A stretch of DNA of 64,000 nt from Clostridiales bacterium (GTDB taxonomy: Bacteria; Bacillota; Clostridia; Christensenellales; Aristaeellaceae), in NCBI GenBank assembly GCA_012837525.1, contig DUQZ01000021.1:1128-65127 (forward strand), written 5' to 3'. The notes below the pieces were generated by a model. The model saw nothing but the letters and a program-made list of their open reading frames with translations. It was not told the DNA's origin and did no database searches. This document shows positions 27,762-37,925 of this stretch, in pieces. A program made the translations under genes and the position numbers. Within the stretch, counting starts at the first letter, position 1. Each line of letters begins with the position of its first letter.

Positions 27762-30206
27762 TTAGAGAATCACATCGCAAACGACATCGTCCAGCACTGC
27801 CATCACATAGGGTTTGCCGCGCTCGTTGAGCTTTTGCAGCGCGATGTCCTCAGTATTGAAGGGGACAGCTTGCCCCTGCGTGGTGAGCACCGTAAAGGAC
27901 CGCGGCAGATCGCTTGTAAAACTGGCCGCGATATAGGTGCCGTTGTTGCCGTTTTTGTTGAAATAGAAGGAATGCACGCCTTTACCAGCCCGTCGCTGGC
28001 TGTCAATCATGTTGCCGGGCACACGTTTCATGTACCCGCGCTCGCTGATGAGCAACAGCATATCGCTGTTTTGAATGCCGCCAGCCGCGATCAAGCGGTC
28101 TTTTGGCGCAAGGCGCATCCCAATCACCCCGCGGGTGACGCGGCCTGTGGCTGACACTTCATCAACCGCGAAGCGGATTAACATGCCAGACTTGGAGAGG
28201 CAGTAGATGTCATCCTGCGATTTGAGGGTTGTGACACCAATCACGCTGTCGTTCTTCGCAAGGCCAATGGCCGCCACCTTGCTGCGGCGCACAGCGTACT
28301 CCGAGAAGAGGCTGCGCTTGACCATGCCGCGCTTGGTGAAGAAAAACAGGTCCGGCTCATTTAACAAGTCGTTGTTGGGCATCAAGATGACGCTGACACA
28401 GTCCTCGCCGTCCTCCAGGCCGTTGAGCACGCCTGCCAGCACGGTGCCGCGGTCGCGCGGGCGGAAGGATTCCTCTATCTGGGCAACTGGCACCTGGTAG
28501 CAGTTTCCGATCTGGGTGAAGAAGAGAAGCGTCTGGTCTGTCATGGCGTTGAAGACATACCAGTTTTGCTCGTTCTGGGTGCTGGGCAACTCCAGCTTGT
28601 CAAAGACCCGTCTGTGCATCCGGCGTAACTGGCCGCCCCGCGTGATGACCACGATGGTCTCCTCGGGGGCGGGCACCTCTGTTGCCTGGATTAAGGCCGC
28701 TTCCTCCTCATCCTGCTTGATGATCTGGGTTCTTCTGTCATCCCCGTATTTCTTGGCGATGTCCAGCAACTCCTCCTTGATGACCGCAATCAGCTTGCGC
28801 TCATGCTTGAGGATGGCTTCCAGTTTGGCAATCAAATTGACCGTTGCGGCATGTTCCTCCCGTAAGGTGAGGATTTCAAGGCCTGTCAAGCGCTGCAGGC
28901 GCAGATCCAAAATTGCCTGCGCCTGAATATCCGTAAAATCAAACCGGGCCATCAAGCGCTCTTTGGCTTCCTTGGCGTTCTTGGACGCGCGGATGAGGGC
29001 GATGATCTCATCCAGGTTATCAACGGCAGTAATCAGGCCATCCAGGATGTGCAGACGGTGCTTGGCCTGCTCCAGATCATACTGCGTGCGCTTGGTGACA
29101 ACATTTTTCTGGTGTTTGATATAGTGCGTGAGCGCTTCAATCAGCCCCATCAAAACGGGTTTGCCCTCCGCGATTGCCACCATGTTCACCCCGAAGGTGA
29201 CTTGCAGGTCGGAGTAGCGGTACAGTAAGGCAAGGACCGCCTGCGGGTCCACATCCCGCTTCAATTCTATCACCGCGCGCAGGCCGGTGCGGTCGGATTC
29301 ATCGCGAATATCATAAATACCGCCCAGCGCGGCCTTTTTTTCCTCCGACAGCCGCAGGATTTTCTCCAGCATCTGGGCTTTGTTGACCTGGTAGGGCACC
29401 TCAGTGATGCACAGCAAATGCCGGCCTGATTTGCCCGGCTCAATATCTACTTTTGCGCGCAGGGTGAGTTTGCCGCGCCCGGTCTCATACGCCGCGCGGA
29501 TTTCCTTGGTATCCAGCAGGATGCCGCCGGTTGGAAAGTCGGGTGCCGGCATGAGGGCCATCAAGTCATCCAGGGTGGCGTCCGGGTTTTCCATCAAATG
29601 GATGGCAGCGTCAATCGTCTCCCGCAGGTTGTGGGGCGGGATGTTTGTCGCCAGGCCTACCGCAATGCCGGACGCGCCGTTGACCAGCATGTTCGGATAG
29701 CGCGCGGGGAGCAGGTCCGGCTCCTTTATGGTGTCATCAAAGTTAAGGCGGTGGGGGACAGTGTCCTTCTGCAGGTCGCGCAGCATCTCCAGCGCCAGCG
29801 GGGACATACGCGCTTCGGTGTAGCGCATGGCAGCCGCAGTATCCCCGTCGATGGAACCAAAGTTACCGTGGCCGTCCACCAGCATCCCGCGCATGGAAAA
29901 AGGCTGTGCCATGCGCACCAGGGCGTCGTATACCGAGGTCTCTCCATGTGGGTGGTACTTGCCCAGGCAGTCCCCAACGATACGCGCGCACTTGCGGTGC
30001 GGCTTGTCCGGACTTAGGGACAACTCATGCATGGCATACAGAATGCGCCGCTGCACCGGCTTTAATCCATCCTCCACCCGCGGCAGCGCGCGTTCCATGA
30101 TGACGTGCTCGGCATAGGGCATCATGCTGCCCGCCAGCACCTCCTCCAGGGAAGACTGGATGACTTCGTTGAGCCGTTCTTCAAAAGGTTGTTTAGATTT
30201 TGCCAT
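27762..30206 (-). CDS. DNA gyrase/topoisomerase IV subunit A (type IIA topoisomerase; ParC-like signatures)
   Basis: 814 aa. [32 protein letters not shown], active-site [10 protein letters not shown]. Beta-pinwheel C-terminal domain. Confidence 0.95.
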   Translation of the reverse strand: MAKSKQPFEERLNEVIQSSLEEVLAGSMMPYAEHVIMERALPRVEDGLKPVQRRILYAMHELSLSPDKPHRKCARIVGDCLGKYHPHGETSVYDALVRMAQPFSMRGMLVDGHGNFGSIDGDTAAAMRYTEARMSPLALEMLRDLQKDTVPHRLNFDDTIKEPDLLPARYPNMLVNGASGIAVGLATNIPPHNLRETIDAAIHLMENPDATLDDLMALMPAPDFPTGGILLDTKEIRAAYETGRGKLTLRAKVDIEPGKSGRHLLCITEVPYQVNKAQMLEKILRLSEEKKAALGGIYDIRDESDRTGLRAVIELKRDVDPQAVLALLYRYSDLQVTFGVNMVAIAEGKPVLMGLIEALTHYIKHQKNVVTKRTQYDLEQAKHRLHILDGLITAVDNLDEIIALIRASKNAKEAKERLMARFDFTDIQAQAILDLRLQRLTGLEILTLREEHAATVNLIAKLEAILKHERKLIAVIKEELLDIAKKYGDDRRTQIIKQDEEEAALIQATEVPAPEETIVVITRGGQLRRMHRRVFDKLELPSTQNEQNWYVFNAMTDQTLLFFTQIGNCYQVPVAQIEESFRPRDRGTVLAGVLNGLEDGEDCVSVILMPNNDLLNEPDLFFFTKRGMVKRSLFSEYAVRRSKVAAIGLAKNDSVIGVTTLKSQDDIYCLSKSGMLIRFAVDEVSATGRVTRGVIGMRLAPKDRLIAAGGIQNSDMLLLISERGYMKRVPGNMIDSQRRAGKGVHSFYFNKNGNNGTYIAASFTSDLPRSFTVLTTQGQAVPFNTEDIALQKLNERGKPYVMAVLDDVVCDVIL

Positions 30207-30214
30207 GCTACTCC

Positions 30215-32170
30215 TCAGGACTGCCGGTCAAGAAACAGGTCCGGCTTGTTGAAATTTGCGTTTTCGCTGATGTACTCCCGCCGCGGCTCCACCTTGTCAC
30301 CCATTAGGATGGTAATCAGGCGGTCGGACTCGGCCCCGTCTTCTATGGTGACCTGGGTCAGCCGCCGCTGGCTGGGATCCATCGTGGTGTGCCACAACTG
30401 GTCCGGGTTCATCTCGCCCAGGCCTTTGTAGCGCTGCAGGGTATAGTTTTTTCCCTTGGGCAGGAGGGTGTTTAATTCCTTGTCGTCATAGGCATACAGT
30501 TCCTTGTTGCCCGTTTTTATCAGGTACAAGGGCGGCATGCCGATATAGACATGGCCGGCGCTGATTAAATCGCGCATGTACCTAAAGAAAAAGGTGAGCA
30601 AAATGGCGCGGATGTGCGCGCCGTCCTGGTCCGCGTCTGACAGGATGATGACCTTGTCGTACTTGAGGGATTTCAGGTTGAAATCCCGGTCAATATTGGT
30701 ACCCAGCGCTGTGATGATGGAGCGGAACTCCTCGTTGGCCAGCACCTGGTCAATGCGTTTTTTCTCAACATTCAAGGGCTTCCCGCGCAGGGGAAGGATG
30801 GCCTGGAACCGCCGGTCGCGCCCCTGCTTGGCGCTGCCGCCGGCGCTGTCGCCTTCCACGATAAACAGTTCATTCTCCCTGGGGTTCCGCCCGGTGCAGC
30901 TGGACAGCTTGCCCACCAGGGGCGCTGCTTCCAGCTCGCTCTTGGTGCGGGCTACATCACGCGCCTTGCGCGCGGCCTCACGAACTTTGGCGGATTTGAT
31001 GGATTTCTCAATAATCTTCTGCGCGACAGCAGCATTACGGAGGTCTTCCAGATACTCGGACAATTTTTGCAAAGCCAGCGCTTCAATCACCGGCCGCACC
31101 TCGGTGTTGCCAAGGCGTCCTTTGGTTTGCCCTTCAAACTGCGGGCTGGGCACTTTGACAGCCAGCAGGGCTGTCATCCCTTCGCGGTAGTCTTCGCCGG
31201 ACAGGTTGTTGTCCTTTTCCTTAAGCGCGCCGATTTTACGCGCGTAATCATTGAACGCTTTGGTCAGCGCGGTACGGAAGCCCACCTCATGGGTGCCGCC
31301 TTCGCCGGTGGGGATGTTGTTGACATAGGAAAACAGGTTCTCCGTATAGGAGTCTGTAAACTGAATCGCGGCCTGCATCACAATGTCGTCCCGCGTGCCT
31401 TCCAGCAGAATGATGCTGTCATGCAGCGCGTTCTTATCTGTGTTGAGGAAAGTGACATAGTCCGAGATGCCGCCGCCATACTGAAAGGTTTTGGTTTCCT
31501 TGCTTTGGGCGCTCGCGCGCTCATCCGTGAACTTGATCATCAAACCTTTGTTTAAATAGGCTAGTTCTCGCAAACGTCTGGAAACCAACTCGGCATTGAA
31601 TTGGGTGTCCTCAAAAATGGCGGCATCAGGCAAGAAGCGCACTAAGGTGCCGCGTTTACGGGTATTGCCGACGCGGACCAGGCCTTCATCCGTCTGCCCG
31701 GGCATCACCTTTTTGGTCTTGGGGTTCACCTTGGTATGAAAACGGATCTTCCAGTGCGTCCAGTCCCGGAAGCTTTCGACTTCCATCCATTCGCTCAGCG
31801 CGTTCACGACAGAAGCGCCCACCCCGTGCAGGCCGCCGGAGTAACTGTAGTTGTCATGATCAAACTTGCCGCCTGCGTGCAGCTTGGTATAAATCACTTC
31901 GATGCCGGAGATCTTGAGCACCGGGTGCTCATCCACCGGCACGCCGCGGCCGTTGTCCCATACGCTGGCCGAGCCATCCTGATGCAGGGTGACGGCTACC
32001 TCGGTCGCAAAATCGTTGGATGCCTCATCAATCGCGTTGTCCACGATCTCCCACAACAAATGATGCAGCCCTCTTGAGCCGGTGGAACCAATATACATAC
32101 CAGGACGGAGCCTGACCGCGTCAAGCTGCTCCAGTACCTGGATATTCTCGGATGTGTAGTTTTGTGCCAT
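30215..32170 (-). CDS. DNA gyrase/topoisomerase IV subunit B (type IIA topoisomerase ATPase subunit)
   Basis: 651 aa. [27 protein letters not shown], Toprim [24 protein letters not shown]. Confidence 0.95.
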   Translation of the reverse strand: MAQNYTSENIQVLEQLDAVRLRPGMYIGSTGSRGLHHLLWEIVDNAIDEASNDFATEVAVTLHQDGSASVWDNGRGVPVDEHPVLKISGIEVIYTKLHAGGKFDHDNYSYSGGLHGVGASVVNALSEWMEVESFRDWTHWKIRFHTKVNPKTKKVMPGQTDEGLVRVGNTRKRGTLVRFLPDAAIFEDTQFNAELVSRRLRELAYLNKGLMIKFTDERASAQSKETKTFQYGGGISDYVTFLNTDKNALHDSIILLEGTRDDIVMQAAIQFTDSYTENLFSYVNNIPTGEGGTHEVGFRTALTKAFNDYARKIGALKEKDNNLSGEDYREGMTALLAVKVPSPQFEGQTKGRLGNTEVRPVIEALALQKLSEYLEDLRNAAVAQKIIEKSIKSAKVREAARKARDVARTKSELEAAPLVGKLSSCTGRNPRENELFIVEGDSAGGSAKQGRDRRFQAILPLRGKPLNVEKKRIDQVLANEEFRSIITALGTNIDRDFNLKSLKYDKVIILSDADQDGAHIRAILLTFFFRYMRDLISAGHVYIGMPPLYLIKTGNKELYAYDDKELNTLLPKGKNYTLQRYKGLGEMNPDQLWHTTMDPSQRRLTQVTIEDGAESDRLITILMGDKVEPRREYISENANFNKPDLFLDRQS

Positions 32171-32230
32171 GTAGTATCTCCTTGTTTTTTGCGGGGCAAA
32201 AGGCAGCCCGGCGCGGGTTTAACCTTGTAG

Positions 32231-32259
32231 ATAGTACCATATCAGACCAAAGCAGACAA
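32231..32259 (-). promoter_or_regulatory. candidate sigma-A promoter for the topoisomerase B/A pair
   Basis: Minus strand reads TTGTCT-17 nt-TACTAT, about 60 nt upstream of ATG 32170. Confidence 0.35.
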
Positions 32260-32416
32260 GGAAAAATCCGCAGGCGACATGGTTTACAAGGGGATTAACC
32301 TGTGGTAAGATACCACTTGTGGCATTAACCGCAAGCACGGGTCTGCGATTCTCCAACGCGTTGCTGTGTTTACGGGGATAATAAGACGACGCCACCCGTC
32401 AATAAGGAGGAAACCC

Positions 32417-32680
32417 ATGGATAAGGAAAAGAAAGCCCAGATCATGCAGAAGTTCGCCCGTCATGAAGGCGACACCGGTTCACCCGAGGTGCAGGTTGCC
32501 CTGCTCACCGCGCGCATCAACCACTTAAACGAGCACCTCAAGCTCAACAAGAAAGACCACCACAGCCGCAGGGGCCTGCTGCTCATGGTTGGTCAGCGCA
32601 GGGGATTGCTGGACTACCTAATGCGCACCGATATCGAGCGCTACCGCAGCCTGATCGCCGAACTGGAACTGCGCAAGTAA
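32417..32680 (+). CDS. rpsO: 30S ribosomal protein S15
   Basis: RBS AAGGAGG then [42 protein letters not shown]... The track ORF starts earlier, at 32366. Confidence 0.95.
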   Translation: MDKEKKAQIMQKFARHEGDTGSPEVQVALLTARINHLNEHLKLNKKDHHSRRGLLLMVGQRRGLLDYLMRTDIERYRSLIAELELRK

Positions 32681-32695
32681 ACGACAACAAGCGGT

Positions 32696-32726
32696 CGAAA
32701 CCCGGCAAGCGGGTTTCGGCTTTTTT
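32696..32726 (+). terminator. rho-independent terminator/attenuator between rpsO and pnp
   Basis: 9-bp stem CGAAACCCG/CGGGTTTCG with a 5-nt loop, then GC + TTTTTT. Confidence 0.7.
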
Positions 32727-32775
32727 GATGGAAGGGCGTATGGCAGTGCCAGCGCCAGAAGAGGAGAGAGAAAGA

Positions 32776-34956
32776 ATGGAACACAAGATCTACACAATGG
32801 AATTTGCCGGGCGTCCCCTGAGCTTTGAGTTTGGGAAGTATGCCGGGCAGGCTGCTGGCTCCACGCTGGTGCGCTATGGCGACACCGCGCTGATGGTCAG
32901 CGCTACCGTATCTGACAAACCCCGCGACGGCGTGGATTTCTTCCCGCTGAGCGTGGATTACGAAGAAAAGCACTACGCGGTTGGCAAAATCCCCGGCGGG
33001 TTCATCAAGCGCGAAGGCCGCCCGACGGAAAAAGCCATCCTCACCTGCCGGCTGATTGACCGGCCGCTGCGCCCCCTGTTTGAAAAAGGTATGCGCAATG
33101 ATGTGCAAATCGTCGCGACCTCCCTGTCTGTTGACACCAACAACCCGCCGGATATCCCCGCCATGCTGGGCTCCTCCATCGCCCTGGCTGTGAGCGATAT
33201 TCCCTGGGCGGGCCCCACCGGCTCCGTTCTGGTTGGCAGGGTCAACAACAAATTGATCCTCAACCCTGACGAAGCGCAGCGCGAAATCAGCGATTTGCAC
33301 CTGGTGGTTTCCGGCACCAAGGACGCCATCATGATGGTGGAAGCCGGCGCCAACGAGTTGAGTGAAGACGTCATGCTGGATGCCATCATGTTCGCGCATG
33401 AGGCCATCAAGGAATTGGTCGCTTTCCAGGAGCAAATCGTCGCTGAAATCGGCAAAGAAAAGCGTCAGTTTCCGCTGGTCACCACCGGCGATGATGTCAT
33501 CAACGCGGTGCGAGCGTTTGCCTATGACAAGGTTAAATACAGCTTTGAAGCCTTTGACCGCGAGGAACGCCATGCCCGTGAGGAGCAGGTGAAGGAAGAA
33601 GTCAAAACCCATTTTGCGGAAATCTTCCCCGAGCGTGACGGCGAGGTGAGCGATGCCCTGTACAACCTGACAAAGGAAGTCATGCGCCGCAAGATCCTGG
33701 ACGAAGGCATCCGCCCGGATGGCCGCCAGGAAACCGAAGTGCGCCCTATCTGGTGCGAAGTGGGCATTCTGCCGCGCACCCATGGCAGCGCGGTCTTTAC
33801 CCGCGGGCAGACCCAAGCGCTCACCGTGACCACGCTGGGCAGCCTGCGCGACGCGCAGATTCTGGATGGCCTCTCCAACGAGGACTCCAAACGCTATATC
33901 CACCACTACAACATGCCGCCCTACGCCACCGGCGAAGCGGGCAGGATGCGCTCACCCGGCCGCCGCGAGATTGGCCATGGCGCCCTGGCAGAACGCGCGC
34001 TGGAGCCTGTGATTCCAAGTGAGGATGATTTCCCGTACGCCCTGCGCCTGGTCAGCGAAATCCTGTCCAGCAACGGGTCCTCTTCCATGGCATCTGTCTG
34101 CGGCAGCACCCTGTCCTTGATGGACGCGGGCGTCGCCATCAAAGCGCCGGTCGCCGGCATCGCGATGGGCTTAATCAAGGATGACGGGAGTGATAAGGTT
34201 GCCGTATTGACCGACATCCTGGGTCTGGAAGACTTCCTGGGCGACATGGACTTTAAAGTAGCCGGCACCATGAACGGCATCACCGCCATCCAGATGGACA
34301 TCAAGATCAAGGGCATTGACCAGCCCATCCTCAAGCGCGCGCTGGAGCAGGCGCTCAAGGGCAGGCTGCATATCCTGGAGATCATGCTCAAGACCTTGCC
34401 TGCGCCCAGGCCGGAGCTGAGCAAATACGCGCCCAAGATCGTCACCTTCATCATCAACCCCGACAAAATCCGTGAGGTGATTGGGCCGGGCGGCAAGATG
34501 ATCAACAAAATCATCGCGGATACCGGTGTCAAGATTGACATTGAGGACGACGGCCGTGTCGCCATCGCCACACCGGATGAAGAAGCGGCTGCCAAGGCCC
34601 GCCGCATCATCGAAGGCATCGCCAAGGATGTCGAGGTGGGTGAGGTGTATGAGGGCAAGGTGGTCCGCATCCTCAGCACTATGGGCGCCTTTATAGAGCT
34701 GCTGCCCGGCAAGGACGGCCTGCTGCACATCTCCAAGATGGCCAATGAGCGTGTGGAGAAGGTGGAGGATGTCATGTCCATTGGTGACGTGGTAGAGGTC
34801 AAGGTGTCAGAGATAGACGCCCAGGGCCGCATCAACCTGCTGCGCAACGACATGGAATACAAGCCCCGCACCTTCAACCGCCAGGGCCCTGGCGGTCAGG
34901 GCGGTGGCCGCCCGCCGCGCCGTGATGGCCGTCCACCCCGCCGCACCAACGACTGA
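32776..34956 (+). CDS. pnp: polyribonucleotide nucleotidyltransferase (PNPase)
   Basis: [21 protein letters not shown]..., two RNase PH domains, KH ([10 protein letters not shown]) and S1 ([11 protein letters not shown]) domains. RG/P-rich C-terminal tail. The track ORF starts at 32725. Confidence 0.96.
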   Translation: MEHKIYTMEFAGRPLSFEFGKYAGQAAGSTLVRYGDTALMVSATVSDKPRDGVDFFPLSVDYEEKHYAVGKIPGGFIKREGRPTEKAILTCRLIDRPLRPLFEKGMRNDVQIVATSLSVDTNNPPDIPAMLGSSIALAVSDIPWAGPTGSVLVGRVNNKLILNPDEAQREISDLHLVVSGTKDAIMMVEAGANELSEDVMLDAIMFAHEAIKELVAFQEQIVAEIGKEKRQFPLVTTGDDVINAVRAFAYDKVKYSFEAFDREERHAREEQVKEEVKTHFAEIFPERDGEVSDALYNLTKEVMRRKILDEGIRPDGRQETEVRPIWCEVGILPRTHGSAVFTRGQTQALTVTTLGSLRDAQILDGLSNEDSKRYIHHYNMPPYATGEAGRMRSPGRREIGHGALAERALEPVIPSEDDFPYALRLVSEILSSNGSSSMASVCGSTLSLMDAGVAIKAPVAGIAMGLIKDDGSDKVAVLTDILGLEDFLGDMDFKVAGTMNGITAIQMDIKIKGIDQPILKRALEQALKGRLHILEIMLKTLPAPRPELSKYAPKIVTFIINPDKIREVIGPGGKMINKIIADTGVKIDIEDDGRVAIATPDEEAAAKARRIIEGIAKDVEVGEVYEGKVVRILSTMGAFIELLPGKDGLLHISKMANERVEKVEDVMSIGDVVEVKVSEIDAQGRINLLRNDMEYKPRTFNRQGPGGQGGGRPPRRDGRPPRRTND

Positions 34957-34984
34957 TCTTTCTTAAATTTGTAAGCACAACCAA

Positions 34985-35018
34985 AAACGGCTTGTCCCCA
35001 GCGTGAGGCAAGCCGTTT
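34985..35018 (+). terminator. hairpin downstream of pnp (weak terminator candidate)
   Basis: 10-bp stem AAACGGCTTG/CAAGCCGTTT with a 14-nt loop. Only a short T run follows. Confidence 0.3.
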
Positions 35019-35050
35019 GTGCAAGTTATCATAAGAACAGGAACACCAAA

Positions 35051-36289
35051 ATGATTCAAACACATGTATTGTCAAACGGCATGCCACTGATGATGGAGCG
35101 CTTGCCCTACCTGCGCAGCGCGTCCATTGGCGTGTTTGTCAAAGCCGGCTCCATTATGGAGACTGATGAGGAAAGCGGGCTGTCCCACTTTATTGAGCAC
35201 ATGGCTTTTAAAGGCACAGCCAACAGGAGCGCGCGGCAGATCGCGGAGGAGATCGACTTGATCGGCGGCAATGTCAACGCCGCCACCAGCAAGCTGAACA
35301 CAAGCTACTACGCCCGCATTACCGACAAGGACCTGCAAAAGGCTTTGAACCTGCTGGCTGATATGATGATCAACCCGCGCTATGAGGACAGTGATTTCCA
35401 GAAGGAACAGGAGGTCATCCTGGAAGAAATCGCCATGGAAGCGGATACCCCCGAAGATCTTGTTTTCAACCTCCTGCATGAGGGCATATACCAGGGCCAG
35501 ACCCTCTCAAAAACCATTCTGGGCACAGGCAAGAGCATCCTGTCCCAGACGCCCGATGCCTTGAATACCTTCAGGCAGCGGTATTATCAGCCGCACAACG
35601 CGGTGCTTTCCGTTGTAGGGTGCTTTGACCCGCAGCAGCTGATCACCTGGGCAGAGGAAGCCTTTGGCGCCTGGCAGGGGAAGGGGCGTATTGAATACCC
35701 CAGGAACCAGTTTAAAGCTGATACACCGCTTCTAACCTTTAACAAGGATGTGGAGCAAGTACAGCTGTGTTTAAGCTTCCCAGGCCTTGAAAGCATGCAT
35801 GATGACCGCTTCGCGATGGCAGCTTTTTCCACCATGTTTGCCGGCGGTGTCTCCTCCCGCCTGTTCCAAAAAATCCGTGAGGAGGAAGGCCTTGTCTACC
35901 ATATCTATTCCGCGGCTGTTGCTCACCCGCATTGCGGGGAGTTCACCGTCTATGCCGCCTGCACACCGCAAAAACTGAAGCGCGTCATGGAATTGATCAA
36001 ACAGGAAGCGGCGCTGGTGATTAAAGACGGCATCAGCAAGGCGGAGTTCGCGCAGACGATGGCGCAGATGAAAACCAGCTTTGTTTTGAGCATGGAAAGC
36101 GCGTATCAGCGCATGGCAGGCATGGGCATTGTCAAACTGACGCACGACAAAACCATTGATCCCAAAGAAACCCTGGCCAAACTGCGCAAGGTGAGCTTGC
36201 GGGATGTCAACCGGGTCGCCAGGCAGGTGCTCAGCCCTGAGCCGGTGATCGCCGCGGTAGGCAAGCAAATCACAAAACATTTTAAATAA
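35051..36289 (+). CDS. M16 family (pitrilysin/insulinase-like) zinc peptidase
   Basis: Inverted zinc motif HFIEHMAFKG (HxxEH). About 410 aa. The track ORF starts at 35003. Confidence 0.85.
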   Translation: MIQTHVLSNGMPLMMERLPYLRSASIGVFVKAGSIMETDEESGLSHFIEHMAFKGTANRSARQIAEEIDLIGGNVNAATSKLNTSYYARITDKDLQKALNLLADMMINPRYEDSDFQKEQEVILEEIAMEADTPEDLVFNLLHEGIYQGQTLSKTILGTGKSILSQTPDALNTFRQRYYQPHNAVLSVVGCFDPQQLITWAEEAFGAWQGKGRIEYPRNQFKADTPLLTFNKDVEQVQLCLSFPGLESMHDDRFAMAAFSTMFAGGVSSRLFQKIREEEGLVYHIYSAAVAHPHCGEFTVYAACTPQKLKRVMELIKQEAALVIKDGISKAEFAQTMAQMKTSFVLSMESAYQRMAGMGIVKLTHDKTIDPKETLAKLRKVSLRDVNRVARQVLSPEPVIAAVGKQITKHFK

Positions 36290-36298
36290 GGAGATACC

Positions 36299-36658
36299 AT
36301 GGACAGACTGGAGCACATGTTGAGCATCCAAAAAAGCCTCAACGATGCCATCAAGGACAAACGAAACCTGCACGATATCGACCCCATGACCTGGATGCAG
36401 AAGTACACGCTGGCCATGCTCAGCGAAATGGCGGAACTGCTGGATGAGGTCAACTTCAAGTGGTGGAAGAACGAAAAACCGGTTGACGAGGCAGCGCTGA
36501 AGGAAGAAATAGTAGATATTTTCCATTTCTACCTCAGCATGTGCTTGGCTGCAGGCCTGGACGCGGAGGAAATGTATCAGATTTACCTGCGTAAAAACGC
36601 GGAAAACTTCGCGCGTCAGGAAGGCAAAAGCAAAAAGCCCGGTTACGCGGTGGAATAA
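36299..36658 (+). CDS. small all-alpha NTP pyrophosphohydrolase-like protein (dimeric dUTPase/MazG-like)
   Basis: 119 aa. Pattern ...LAMLSEMAELLDEVNFKWWK...EEIVDIFHFYLSM resembles the dimeric dUTPase family from memory, not verified. Confidence 0.5.
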   Translation: MDRLEHMLSIQKSLNDAIKDKRNLHDIDPMTWMQKYTLAMLSEMAELLDEVNFKWWKNEKPVDEAALKEEIVDIFHFYLSMCLAAGLDAEEMYQIYLRKNAENFARQEGKSKKPGYAVE

Positions 36659-36702
36659 GCGCCCCCTATTTCATGACAAATATATTGCCAACTGTTTCAT
36701 TC

Positions 36703-36731
36703 TTGAAACAATCCTGGCTTTCAGGTAAAAT
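36703..36731 (+). promoter_or_regulatory. candidate sigma-A promoter
   Basis: TTGAAA-17 nt-TAAAAT. The implied leader before the RBS of the 36753 gene is very short. Confidence 0.35.
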
Positions 36732-36752
36732 GGACGCAAGGAGGCGATATAC

Positions 36753-37913
36753 ATGAAGCGTTTGATTCACCATAGCCTGTTCGCATCCATACTATTGGTT
36801 TGTCTGTTGTTTGTTAATTCCGGCTTGGCAACTCAATCTGTTGAGTTGGAGATGACCGAATTCAATGATTCAAAAGTGGAAATCCCCCAATTGACGGGGA
36901 TGGACAACAGCTTTGTTGAAAATACCATCAACGAGGCCATTAAAGCCGCGGCGGCAGATCACCTCAATACCCTGAGCCTGCTGCAATCGGGCACCCCAGG
37001 GCAGCTGACAGTCAAGGGCAAGTATACTGTAATCCCTTCCCGTGATGGGCATGATCTTTTGTCCATTCTTCTCACAGCGCAAGGCCGCATGCCCACTGGA
37101 AGGCCTGGGCACCAGCAGATTCCGCTGTCCTTTGATCTGGCAAACGGGCAAAGTGTTACGGCTGAACAGATATTTAAGGATACTGCAGCGGCCCAAACCT
37201 GGTTTGAGGTGAAGGTAGCTGAGATTTTTGAGGAAACGCTGTCCAACTACCTCGATATTGAAGATTTGAAACCTTTTCCGCTGGAGCGCTTTCTGATTGA
37301 TGAAACCGGGATTACCTTCTATTATCCGGACAACACCCTCACCTGGCTGTCCGGCCAGACCGCTTCCATCCATTTTCTGTATCACGAGATATTGGATCAA
37401 CTAAAGCTTGAGGAGCAGAGTTTTCTTGGCAACCTGGGTGTTTTGGAACGGTTAAAGCCTGATGAACAAAGCCAGGCGCGCATTAAGGACATCGTCAAAG
37501 ATGGCCGCCTGCCCGGCTTTGACATCCGCCTGGGCGAGAAGATGCTGGACATCCAGGAGCAATTTGGCCTCCTGTATGATCCGGAAGGCTTCGCAGAGGG
37601 GGAGAGCGTCCAGCTGGAGGACGACCGCTACCGCGAGACCCTGCTGATTGCCTATGGCGACGGGTTGCTGGACGGCATCCTGAGCAAGCGGATGAACTTG
37701 TTAGGGCTGATAACGGGGCTTAGCACACAGGACGACGTCCAAAGCGTGCTGGGCGAACCCTTCACCAGCCTGGACATGACGGATACCGCGGCGGCCTTAT
37801 ACAAACTGCCGGTTGGCGTCATGGATGTTTATCCGGTTGAAGGGGTGGAACTGCGGATGTATTACCAAGAAGACCGCGTTTTATATGCGGTCTGGATTCA
37901 AACCATCAAGTAA
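36753..37913 (+). CDS. secreted protein of unknown function (DUF4163/DUF3298-like N-terminal half)
   Basis: 386 aa. Signal peptide MKRLIHHSLFASILLVCLLFVNSGLA. NSFVENTINEAIK and ITFYYPDNTL...IHFLYHEI segments are reminiscent of RsiV-type DUF3298 folds. Confidence 0.6.
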   Translation: MKRLIHHSLFASILLVCLLFVNSGLATQSVELEMTEFNDSKVEIPQLTGMDNSFVENTINEAIKAAAADHLNTLSLLQSGTPGQLTVKGKYTVIPSRDGHDLLSILLTAQGRMPTGRPGHQQIPLSFDLANGQSVTAEQIFKDTAAAQTWFEVKVAEIFEETLSNYLDIEDLKPFPLERFLIDETGITFYYPDNTLTWLSGQTASIHFLYHEILDQLKLEEQSFLGNLGVLERLKPDEQSQARIKDIVKDGRLPGFDIRLGEKMLDIQEQFGLLYDPEGFAEGESVQLEDDRYRETLLIAYGDGLLDGILSKRMNLLGLITGLSTQDDVQSVLGEPFTSLDMTDTAAALYKLPVGVMDVYPVEGVELRMYYQEDRVLYAVWIQTIK

Positions 37914-37925
37914 AGGAAGAGCGAC

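Noticed and set aside
32641-34877. Long antisense ORFs inside pnp (32641-33906, 421 aa; 33921-34877, 318 aa).
   Set aside because: Low-complexity R/G/A/H-rich or S/M/P-rich translations opposite an unambiguous PNPase frame. This is a typical GC-driven artefact.
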